Source: Terriglobia bacterium
Lineage (GTDB): Bacteria; Acidobacteriota; Terriglobia; 20CM-2-55-15
Assembly: GCA_963664115.2 (NCBI GenBank)
Contig: CAXWPJ010000009.1
Span: 1,120,001 to 1,184,000 of the forward strand
Reading direction: 5' to 3'
Length of the DNA: 64,000 bases
Shown piece by piece: positions 19,290 through 27,804 of this stretch (position 1 is the first letter of the stretch; each line of letters begins with the position of its first letter). Both the position numbers and the translations under genes were made by a program. The notes beneath the pieces were generated by a model. That model was not told the origin of the DNA. It saw nothing but the letters and a program-made list of their open reading frames with translations, and made no database searches.

Positions 19290-19880
19290 CTAAGGTGCGA
19301 CCGACGTCGTCAAGTAGTCGATCACGGTTTCGGGCTCACTCCCGCTCAATGGGCTGCCCAGACGGACCATTTCCTCAACAATGCGTCGCCAATCGGCACC
19401 ATTCTGACGTGCCGCAAAGATCGGACTGAGATCGTGGCACCCCGCACATGCCTCGGCGACCAGAGTTTTTCCGGGTCCCTCAGGCAGCGCGGCAATTTCG
19501 TTGACTGAAGTGGCCGCAGACGACGGTGTCAGGTTCCGGCCAAAATCCGAGACCAGGTATTCCTGAATGATTTCTGCTTCGCCCGGGAGCAAGGGAGCAC
19601 CTCGCCACATCATCAGGACAATGCTTTCCCGCCAGGATTCTGCCGTCTTCTGCTGCCTGAAAATCAACTCCAGGCCATGGCATTGCACACAGGCTTCTTC
19701 GAGGACGCGGAGTCCGTCGGGCCTCGATTCCTGTGCAGGATTGGTCCCGCGCAGGAAAGGGGGTTTCTTTGCCGAGGAGACAGACTCGGAGACAGACTCA
19801 TAGAAATGGCCGCTCGCGGCCAGAACCAGTCCCACGGACAGGCACGTTTTGATCATCCGCGTCCAGTTCTGCATTTTCAT
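19290..19880 (-). CDS. Diheme c-type cytochrome
   Basis: CVQCH and CAGCH motifs; N-terminal hydrophobic stretch; start uncertain. Confidence 0.82.
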   Translation of the reverse strand: MKMQNWTRMIKTCLSVGLVLAASGHFYESVSESVSSAKKPPFLRGTNPAQESRPDGLRVLEEACVQCHGLELIFRQQKTAESWRESIVLMMWRGAPLLPGEAEIIQEYLVSDFGRNLTPSSAATSVNEIAALPEGPGKTLVAEACAGCHDLSPIFAARQNGADWRRIVEEMVRLGSPLSGSEPETVIDYLTTSVAP

Positions 19881-20130
19881 TTCAACGACCTGAGGCTCCC
19901 CGCCCGCGTTTTCACCGTTACGGTTCTCGAGGGCGACATGCGGACTCGGTAAGCACCAAGAGCGCACCCGCCGCGCTGCCTATGCAGACGTGTCAGACAC
20001 AGGTTGAGTGAGGTTTGTGTCACAGCAAATGAATTCTACTGGATCAATCAATCCCAGGGAAGGGAAAGTGGCCGCCAGTGCGTTGACATCGGTTGGCGTC
20101 GTATGGTTCTCTAACGCGGTAGAGGCAACG

Positions 20131-20715
20131 ATGGTAACAACAGCGCGCTTTATCAGACTGGCTCCGGCCGTGTGGATTCTGTGTGTGTCGGGGCTTGGCT
20201 TCTCACAAGGCTGGAGATCGTATGTCGATCGGGCAGAACGGTTCAGCGTCAATATCCCCGCCGAACCCAGGGTAGAGGACATTTCCTACATGGGGGAGCG
20301 CGGCGGCACTTACCCGGCGCGTGTCTATACCACCGATCAAGGTCCAAACCGCTACTCGGTCACCGTGGTCCACTATGTCGACGCCCCGCCAACGGTTGTG
20401 CGGGGATCGATCGCCCACGCGGCGTGGAATGTGCGACAGAGGGGCGGTGAGGTCACATACGACGCCTACGCTCAAGTCGACCGCATTGAAGGACACCAGC
20501 TGCAGATCACGAACGAGGATGCGAGCCGCACCTACGTTGCAATCCATCTGCACGAGGGCCGTCTTTACATACTGGAAGCGAGAGTACCTCCAGCTTCGCC
20601 GCCGCCGGTGCAGTTCCAGCAATCACTGGTCATCCTCGACGCAGAGGGAGACAGAATCCGATATGCTGTCGACGAATTTGGGAACAGAACCGTCCGCGTC
20701 CCTCCCGACGACTAG
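20131..20715 (+). CDS. Secreted hypothetical protein, paralog of 12056-13075
   Basis: QGWRSYVD..RFSVNIPAEP; RLYILE; P.QFQQS. Confidence 0.72.
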   Translation: MVTTARFIRLAPAVWILCVSGLGFSQGWRSYVDRAERFSVNIPAEPRVEDISYMGERGGTYPARVYTTDQGPNRYSVTVVHYVDAPPTVVRGSIAHAAWNVRQRGGEVTYDAYAQVDRIEGHQLQITNEDASRTYVAIHLHEGRLYILEARVPPASPPPVQFQQSLVILDAEGDRIRYAVDEFGNRTVRVPPDD

Positions 20716-20760
20716 ACACGCGGGTGGCGGTATTCTTTATTCGATCTTTAGGAGAGTGAG

Positions 20761-21138
20761 ATGAGGTCAAAAACCTTCTGTTTTGCCGCCACGATCGCGG
20801 CTGCCCTGGTCATGTCCGGGCCTGCCTGGGGCCACCATTCGCACTCCAACTATGACCAGACCAAGTTCCTCAACATGGACGGAACCGTGACGGATGTCTC
20901 CTGGATCAATCCACACGTCTGGGTTTACATGGAAGTAATCGATGCCCAAGGTCAGCCGAAAATGTGGGTTCTTGAAGGCGGCGGTATCCGTCCGCTGATC
21001 CAGAAGGGCTGGACACGCGACAGCCTCAAAGCGGGTGACGAAATTTCCGTGCGATGTCATCAACTGAGAGATGGCTCCGAAGGCTGTCTTCTGGGGTTTG
21101 TGAAAACTGCGGACGGAGTTGAAAAGGAGTTCGACTAG
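20761..21138 (+). CDS. DUF6152-like secreted protein
   Basis: AWG-HHSH, WINPHVW, KEFD* (same ending as the 11634 paralog). Confidence 0.78.
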   Translation: MRSKTFCFAATIAAALVMSGPAWGHHSHSNYDQTKFLNMDGTVTDVSWINPHVWVYMEVIDAQGQPKMWVLEGGGIRPLIQKGWTRDSLKAGDEISVRCHQLRDGSEGCLLGFVKTADGVEKEFD

Positions 21139-21365
21139 GCGATCCCAATTTTGGGGTTCGAACACTCTTGGTACCGGACAAGCGTTGCTTGTCCTCGAAA
21201 CGGCAATCTTGCCCGGGGCGTGATCCGGCTTGGGCGGGCATCCTTCCTTCCCACCGCGTGCGCGCGGGTCCTCCATTGATCGTTAGAACGCGCTCCAAAT
21301 AGCCGTAAAATAACCTTCCATGATGAGCACATCGCTATCATCAACGCGGGCGCCGGCCCTGCCAT

Positions 21366-21378
21366 TCAAGTCCTGAGA
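21366..21378 (+). repeat. Left half of the dyad site
   Basis: TCAAGTCCTGAGA, 13-bp match immediately upstream of the EutA-like gene. Confidence 0.55.
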
Positions 21379-21386
21379 CAGAGAGA

Positions 21387-22988
21387 GTGCACTTCGATCA
21401 TCACCATCCCGACCTGGACCACGTTCCCGAAGACCAGCACCTCGGCCCTGAATACGACGGCCCGATCGAGGATCACCCTTTGTGGCAGCGGGAAAACGTA
21501 TCCCTCACAAGCGTCGGTGTTGATATCGGTTCAGCGGGCACGCAGATTCTGTTCTCACGCATGCACCTGCGCCGCCAGGCGGTCGATCTCTCGAGCCGTT
21601 ACCTGGTGGTTTCGCGTGAGACCTGGTACGAGTCTCCGGTTCGACTGACGCCCTACAGGAGTGAAACGCTAATCGACGCTCGAGCCCTTGGGGCCATCGT
21701 CGATGCCGCGTATCAGGCAGCACGAGTGCATCCCGACGATATCGACACAGGCGTTGTCATTCTGACCGGGGAAGCCCTCAGGCGCGAGAACTCGGAGCGC
21801 ATTGCCGGCATTCTCTCAGAAAAGTGTGGGGAACTGGTCTGTGCGACCGCCGGCCATCATATGGAAGCGATGCTCGCTGCGCATGGCTCAGGCGCGGTTC
21901 AGGCTTCGTATGATCGCAACGAGTGTGTGCTCAACATCGACATCGGAGGCGGCACAACGAAGCTCAGCGTGATCGATAAAGGCCGGGTCGTGGCCACTGC
22001 CGCGATCCACATCGGCGGACGCTTACTGGTGCGCGGGGGCGACGGGCGGCTCGCCCGCCTGGACCCTGCCGGGAAAACTCACGCCGCACGTGCGGGATTT
22101 TCCTGGCGCGTTGGCGATGGGGTGAGCGACGGACAGCTCGACGCGGTCGCGGAATTCATGGCTGATGCTCTCGTCGCGGCACTGACTGCGCCGACGCTGC
22201 CCCCCGATGTAGGGGACCTTTACCTGACCGACCCGATTACAGGTTTGGAGAATGTTGCCACCGTCGTCTTCTCAGGTGGTGTCGCCGAGTTCATATATCA
22301 GCGCGAGGACCGCGATTTCGACGACCTCGGGAAACGTCTGGGCGAGGCGCTCCGCGCCCGCGTCGATTCCGGTGAGCTGCCCTGGTATTTCTTACCCGAC
22401 AGTCACGGCATCCGCTCGACCGCCCTCGGTGCCTCGGAGTTCACGGCTCAATTGAGCGGCAATACGGGTTATATCAGTGATCCGGGTAGCCTTCTGCCTC
22501 GACGCAACATACAGGTCGTGCGGCCCGATTTCGATTTTGCGGGGGAATTCGATTCAGGCAGTCTTGCCGAAGCGATTCGCCTGCACATGAAGCGATTCGA
22601 CGTCGACGACTCCGAGGCCGACGTTGTCCTGGCCTTCCATTGGCAGGGCGTCCCCGAGTTCCGTCGTATCGCAGCGCTTGCGGCGGGCATTTGCGGTGGC
22701 ATGGCCGAGCGCATCGCCGGAGGGAAGCCCATCTATGTAGTTCTCGATGCCGATATAGCGATGAATCTCGGTGCCATCCTCCGGGAGGACCTTGCGATCG
22801 ACAATGAGGTCTGCGTCATCGATGGTATCGCGCTCTGGGATTTCGACTATATCGACCTGGGCAGGATGCGACTGCCCTCGGGTACCGTACCCGTTGCGAT
22901 AAAATCGCTGGTGTTCCATGACGTCGTCGGGGGACCGCACCCCCACCAGAGGGTTCACCACAAACCACAACACACATCGGAGAGCTGA
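21387..22988 (+). CDS. EutA-like ASKHA ATPase (ethanolamine ammonia-lyase reactivase homolog) with His-rich termini
   Basis: SVGVDIGSAGTQ, TGEA, NIDIGGGTT, SGGVAE, DYIDLG..VPVAIKSL. Confidence 0.85.
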   Translation: MHFDHHHPDLDHVPEDQHLGPEYDGPIEDHPLWQRENVSLTSVGVDIGSAGTQILFSRMHLRRQAVDLSSRYLVVSRETWYESPVRLTPYRSETLIDARALGAIVDAAYQAARVHPDDIDTGVVILTGEALRRENSERIAGILSEKCGELVCATAGHHMEAMLAAHGSGAVQASYDRNECVLNIDIGGGTTKLSVIDKGRVVATAAIHIGGRLLVRGGDGRLARLDPAGKTHAARAGFSWRVGDGVSDGQLDAVAEFMADALVAALTAPTLPPDVGDLYLTDPITGLENVATVVFSGGVAEFIYQREDRDFDDLGKRLGEALRARVDSGELPWYFLPDSHGIRSTALGASEFTAQLSGNTGYISDPGSLLPRRNIQVVRPDFDFAGEFDSGSLAEAIRLHMKRFDVDDSEADVVLAFHWQGVPEFRRIAALAAGICGGMAERIAGGKPIYVVLDADIAMNLGAILREDLAIDNEVCVIDGIALWDFDYIDLGRMRLPSGTVPVAIKSLVFHDVVGGPHPHQRVHHKPQHTSES

Positions 22989-22989
22989 G

Positions 22990-23934
22990 ATGTTTGCACC
23001 GGTGCTCAAGACTGTAACCCGCACGCAGGGAAATAACGCCGCCCTGAAAGATGGCACGGTCACGCCGAAGGGCTGCGTTCTGGATTTCGAGGAAGTGCCC
23101 GTGCTGGTTCATGCATTTCGCCGCATGGTGCGTGGACTGGAATTTGACGTCTGTGAAATGGCCCTGACCACCTATCTTTGTGCTCGCGAGCACGGCGTTC
23201 GTTTTACCGCATTGCCGATCTTTCTGGTTCGAGCGTTTCACCACGGCGCGATCCTTCACAACTTGAGTTTCCCTGTAGGCGATCCCCGGGAGCTGGAGGG
23301 AAGGCGAGTCGGAATAAACCGGGGGTATACGGTGACCACCGGCGTCTGGGCTCGGGCGGTCCTCGAGGAAGAGTACGGCGTCGATCTAAGCAAGGTGAGC
23401 TGGGTTGTGTCAGGTGACGAACATGTCACAGCCTATGTGCCGCCCGGGAACGTAGTCCCTATGGAACCCGGCCAGACGCTTGAGGCAATGCTCGCCACGG
23501 GGGAACTGGCCGCAGCGATCGGCCTGAAGACCGATCTTGCCCAGATTCAGCCACTGATCCCGAACGCACTGGACGCGGGCATCGCCGCGTTTGAACGCGC
23601 GGGGCACTATCCGATCAACCACCTTGTGGTTGTTCGGGATGATGTGCTTGAGTCGTATCCGGAGGTCGCCGTGGCGTTGTTAAACGCTTTTGCCGAGGCA
23701 AAGAGCGTCTATCTGGAGCGGCTCAAGCAAGGAAGAATCGAAAACCCCACAGAGATGGACGCATTTCACGCCCGGATGATGGAAATCGCAGGTGACCCGC
23801 TGCCCTACGGAATCGCAGCGAACCGTGGTGTGCTGGAGAGCCTGATCAGCCACGCATCGGCGCAGAAGATTCTGAAGAAGCCGGTGGAGCTTGAAGAGCT
23901 ATTTGCAGAAGAGACACGTGGATTGAGTGCGTGA
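22990..23934 (+). CDS. 4,5-dihydroxyphthalate decarboxylase-like / type 2 periplasmic-binding-fold protein
   Basis: FRRMVRGLEFDVCEM, YTVTTGVWAR, YPINHLVV, DPLPYG. Confidence 0.8.
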   Translation: MFAPVLKTVTRTQGNNAALKDGTVTPKGCVLDFEEVPVLVHAFRRMVRGLEFDVCEMALTTYLCAREHGVRFTALPIFLVRAFHHGAILHNLSFPVGDPRELEGRRVGINRGYTVTTGVWARAVLEEEYGVDLSKVSWVVSGDEHVTAYVPPGNVVPMEPGQTLEAMLATGELAAAIGLKTDLAQIQPLIPNALDAGIAAFERAGHYPINHLVVVRDDVLESYPEVAVALLNAFAEAKSVYLERLKQGRIENPTEMDAFHARMMEIAGDPLPYGIAANRGVLESLISHASAQKILKKPVELEELFAEETRGLSA

Positions 23935-24064
23935 TTTCAGCATCCTCCCCATCTTGAACGTTTTTCGAACTCTGCAAATCGGTTTTCACCTCTCGCTATA
24001 TTGCGAGACTGCAGTTTTTACGCCTAAGTTACTGATTTTAATTTCTATTCTAGGAACTGAATTC

Positions 24065-24095
24065 TCAACGTCCGACAATGTTTCTCAGGACTTGA
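24065..24095 (-). repeat. Inverted dyad site B9 (spacer shortened to TGT)
   Basis: TCAACGTCCGACAA-TGT-TTCTCAGGACTTGA. Confidence 0.9.
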
Positions 24096-24174
24096 GAATT
24101 TAATAGCGCCTAACCCACTCCTCTAGTATCTTTTACGGAGTTTTTCACGGTTCAATCAGCAACACACTTTAGAC

Positions 24175-24295
24175 ATGGAATCCGGCACCCAACTCGGGCA
24201 CTACGAAATCCTCTCAGCCATCGGCAAAGGCGGCATAGAGTGAGGTGTGGGTCTTGATGGCAATTTTCCGGCTGGGCTTGGTGTCCCGCGCACGG
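24175..24295 (+). pseudogene. Ser/Thr kinase N-terminal stub with internal micro-inversion
   Basis: MESGTQLGHYEILSAIGKGGI/EVW on +, then RARDTKPSRKIAIKT on the - strand at 24294-24250. Confidence 0.85.
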
Positions 24296-24404
24296 TGTGC
24301 ATCAGAGGAGGGCGAATAATACGCGGAGCCGGCCCGGATAGGCTTACTTCCGAACTGGCGTACGGCTAGCGATCCCGACACCATTCATAGGGCACAGAGA
24401 CGGT

Positions 24405-24848
24405 TTACTCGACGTCTTCGAAAAAACCGCTCGCAGTGAGCTTCACCACGATGTCCCTGTCGCTGCGGTTGTTGAGGTACCAGCCATGTATTCCGTCAAA
24501 CGGCGCCTTCAGCGTGCCGCTTTCGCGGCCTTCGTTGTGCACCTTGTAGAACATCAGGTCGCCCTGGCCGTCAACGGGTTCGGTATGACCGTGGAATTCC
24601 ACGTCCAGCAGAGCCGGGTCCGTCACGTCGGACGTCCAGGAATACATCATGAAATCGCCGGCCTTCATGCTCAGTTTGAACTCCAGGCCTACGCCCGTCG
24701 GGATCAGGATTTCATAATCGCTCTGCTTGTAGGGAGTGGTGGCATCAGAAAAGGTGCCGGGGCTTAGGGGCATGTCGTTCCATTGAACCTGGGCCACGCC
24801 TGTAACTGAAAAGATGCAAATTACGAGGGGAACAATCAGTTTTCTCAT
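24405..24848 (-). CDS. Secreted hypothetical protein
   Basis: MRKLIVPLVICIFSV signal; EFHGH and APFDGIHGWY motifs. Confidence 0.65.
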   Translation of the reverse strand: MRKLIVPLVICIFSVTGVAQVQWNDMPLSPGTFSDATTPYKQSDYEILIPTGVGLEFKLSMKAGDFMMYSWTSDVTDPALLDVEFHGHTEPVDGQGDLMFYKVHNEGRESGTLKAPFDGIHGWYLNNRSDRDIVVKLTASGFFEDVE

Positions 24849-25117
24849 ACCGGACTCCTTACATGTTGCCTGTTGACGAGTGCGCCATATTACCAACGAT
24901 GCGTCGTAGCCGGGAAGGAATTTCGTCACGGCAGCGTCGTCAGACCCTGCTCATTCCGCTTATCCGCGCGCGCGTCCGCATTACCCCAGAATCCAGACAT
25001 TGGCGCCGCACTGCAATATCTCTAGCTTGTTCCAATTACGGATGAGATACGCTCAAACGTTTGCCGGCCTTGTGATACATTCGGTGTCAGCCCTTCTCGA
25101 ATTGAGGAATAACGAAA

Positions 25118-25880
25118 ATGTCGATTGAGAGACTTCGGCGATTTTGCCGTCTTAGAACGCTCATGGCGTATTCGATCCTATGGTTGTTGCCGGTCGCCTT
25201 AGCGGCGCAGGATGCTAGCGATCCCTCCACTCTTTCTCCGGGATTTCATCGTCTGACTTTGCCGCGTGCGGATGGGCCCGTAATCAACTACGCGATCCTC
25301 GTTCCGGATAGCTATTCTCCCTCGACGCCCGTCCCTCTCATTCTTGCATTGCACTTCGGAGGAAACCCGACAGGCGCGGGTGCGAGCGTACTGCAAATTC
25401 TGATTGGTCCGGCGCTTAGCGAACTCGGCGCCATTATCGTCGCGCCGGATTCGGTGGGAGGCAATTGGACCACCCCCGACCACCCCCGAAAACGAGGTCG
25501 CTGTGAACGCGTTGCTCGACACGGTCTTGGACCATTATGCAATCGACGAGGAAAAGATTGCAGTTACCGGCTTCAGCATGGGCGGCGCAGGCTCCTGGCA
25601 TTTTGCGCAGAGTTTCCCGGAACGCTTCAGCGCGGCAATTCCTATCGCCGGCAGACCGCCGGCATCAGCCGCCGGGTGGCAGCTTCCGGTATTGGCTATT
25701 CATTCCCACGACGACCAAGTTGCACCTTTTGAGCCAACTGAGGCACGAATCGCGGAACTTCAGAACGCCGGTGCGGACGCGACGCTGATCGCGCTTTCCG
25801 GCATCACGCATTACGAAACCCACCGCTTCCAAGATGCATTGCAGCAGGCGGTCCCGTGGTTACGTGAGATTTGGGAGTAA
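25118..25880 (+). pseudogene. Secreted alpha/beta hydrolase (esterase-like), frameshifted
   Basis: GFSMGG nucleophile motif; a 10-bp duplication GACCACCCCC x2 at 25468-25487 splits the ORF. Confidence 0.8.
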
Positions 25881-25978
25881 AGCCTTTAGCAGGATGGCGG
25901 ATAGGCGTTTTAAGCAGGGCCCGACGACTGTGGCAGCAATGAAAACGTCAGAGTAGGGGCGTTATGTAAACCTGGCTG

Positions 25979-26057
25979 TTTGAAGAACTGAAGGAACGGG
26001 TGCCCGTGCCCTGATTTCCGAGTTCAAGTCCTGATAAATCATCTTCTCGGACGTTGA
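25979..26057 (+). repeat. Kinase C-terminal stub (FEELKERVPVP*) + dyad site A10
   Basis: Stop at 26012-26014; TCAAGTCCTGATAA-ATCATC-TTCTCGGACGTTGA at 26024-26057. Confidence 0.92.
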
Positions 26058-26126
26058 CATGTGGATGTGCCGGGTTCTAATGCGATCCAAGAGAAGTAAA
26101 CTTCGCGTTAAATTGTAATCTAGGGA

Positions 26127-26474
26127 ATGGCCTTCAGTGAATTTGAATCGAAGAAGTATGAGATGGTGGCGCGTCGGTTTGTCGAACGTCTCCGGCCACA
26201 GGCCCAACATCGCAATAAGATCGATCTCAGCAGTAGGGTGAGCGGACAGAGCGTTGAAATATTCGAGATCCATCCTTCGCCGAATGAGCCCGGAAGTAAA
26301 ATCGAGGCGGGCGTCGCAAAGGCTACCTATGTCAAGGCCAATGGCGTGTGGAAGATATATTGGCAGAGAGCCGATCTCCGGTGGCACCGCTATGAACCTG
26401 TCCCGGAAGTTGACAGCCTAGAGGAAGTTCTACAAATTGTTGGTACTGATGAGTACGCGTGTTTCTTCGGTTAG
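26127..26474 (+). CDS. DUF3024-like protein
   Basis: WKIYWQRADLRWHRY...DEYACFFG. Confidence 0.8.
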   Translation: MAFSEFESKKYEMVARRFVERLRPQAQHRNKIDLSSRVSGQSVEIFEIHPSPNEPGSKIEAGVAKATYVKANGVWKIYWQRADLRWHRYEPVPEVDSLEEVLQIVGTDEYACFFG

Positions 26475-26551
26475 GAGAACCTGTCAAGCGTGTTTAACGT
26501 CGAAGAGTTTCACTAAGACAGACGTCGTCGTGCTCCCACCCAAAATGATTC

Positions 26552-26585
26552 TCAGGTCCTGAGAAATCATCTTGTCGGAAGTAGA
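26552..26585 (+). repeat. Dyad site A11
   Basis: TCAGGTCCTGAGAA-ATCATC-TTGTCGGAAGTAGA. Confidence 0.85.
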
Positions 26586-26618
26586 GAATTTCAGCAAGCG
26601 GAAGCTAGAATTGCGCAA

Positions 26619-27380
26619 ATGAATATTTTTTCTCTTACTCAACGGTCATGGGTGCTCTTTCTAGCGTTCTTGTTTGCTCTTGCAGCGTCCTGCGGTCCAG
26701 CCCCGGTGGACGCGGTTTCACCGCCGGTGTCACCACGCCAGACCATAGATTTTAGGCAGGCACGCAACCGGATGGTCGAACAGCAGATCGAAGCTCGGGG
26801 AATTCGTGACCCTCGGGTTCTTGAAGCCGTGGCACGGGTTCCCCGACACGAGTTCGTTCCCGCCGATTATAGAGCCTTGGCCTACAACGACGTGCCCCTA
26901 CCCATTGGATTGGATCAGACTATCTCGCAGCCCTACATTGTTGCCCTGATGACTGAACTCGTTCAGACGGAACCGGACGACCGTCTTCTCGAGGTCGGAA
27001 CGGGATCGGGATACCAGGCCGCCGTCGCCGCCGAGCTGGTGGCCGAAGTCTACAGCATCGAGATCATTCCGGAGCTGGCCCGCTCCGCGGCCGAGCGACT
27101 CGAGCGGCTCGGGATTTTGAACGTCTCGGTACGTGAAGGTGATGGGTATCTGGGATGGCCCGAGTTCAGTCCCTTCGATGGAATCCTCGTCACGGCCGGA
27201 GCCGAGGAAATTCCTCAGCCTCTGATTGCCCAGCTCAAGCCGGGAGCTCGGATGGTCATTCCCGTCGGTGAACCGGCCTCCATCCAGATCCTGAAGGTGA
27301 TTGAAAAGTTGCCCGGAGGTGCGGTCGATATTCGTGACGTCACTCCGGTCCGATTCGTCCCACTGCGCCGCAGTCAGTAG
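26619..27380 (+). CDS. pcm: Protein-L-isoaspartate O-methyltransferase with lipoprotein-like leader
   Basis: VPRHEFV, QTISQPY, LEVGTGSGY, VRFVPL. Confidence 0.92.
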   Translation: MNIFSLTQRSWVLFLAFLFALAASCGPAPVDAVSPPVSPRQTIDFRQARNRMVEQQIEARGIRDPRVLEAVARVPRHEFVPADYRALAYNDVPLPIGLDQTISQPYIVALMTELVQTEPDDRLLEVGTGSGYQAAVAAELVAEVYSIEIIPELARSAAERLERLGILNVSVREGDGYLGWPEFSPFDGILVTAGAEEIPQPLIAQLKPGARMVIPVGEPASIQILKVIEKLPGGAVDIRDVTPVRFVPLRRSQ

Positions 27381-27804
27381 TCTGCTCGGTTCCAGATTCG
27401 GGAAGTGCCACGGACGTTGAGATTTCACATTTTCGGACAGAAACAAACTAACCCGTCGATTCATCCCATTAAACCAACAACTTAGAGTGGAGAAAGCAAA
27501 ACTCGACGGGAAGGTTTCGAACTAAGATTTCGCTCGGTCGTGCATACGGCTGACCATCTCTGTTGCGTCAAGCGCGCTGGGTCGATCGACCGGCGACCCT
27601 CTCCATCATCCTTGAGGGAGAGGCTCATTGGGGAATAAGAAAAAAGGTTGATGTAGTTCCTATGAAGATCCGCACCGGTCGCCCGGTGCGGATGGACGGC
27701 CTTCATAGTAAAGGGGCGGTTGCCGAGGCGTCTGAGAAATAAGACAATCGGATGCTACTGAGACAAACCTGCAAACCCCCGCGCTTCAAATAGCGGATAC
27801 ATCG

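Noticed and set aside
27482-27706. ORF starting MKAVHPHR as a tyrosine recombinase fragment
   Set aside because: No HxxRH continuation or catalytic Tyr; the motif arises from the hairpin repeat.
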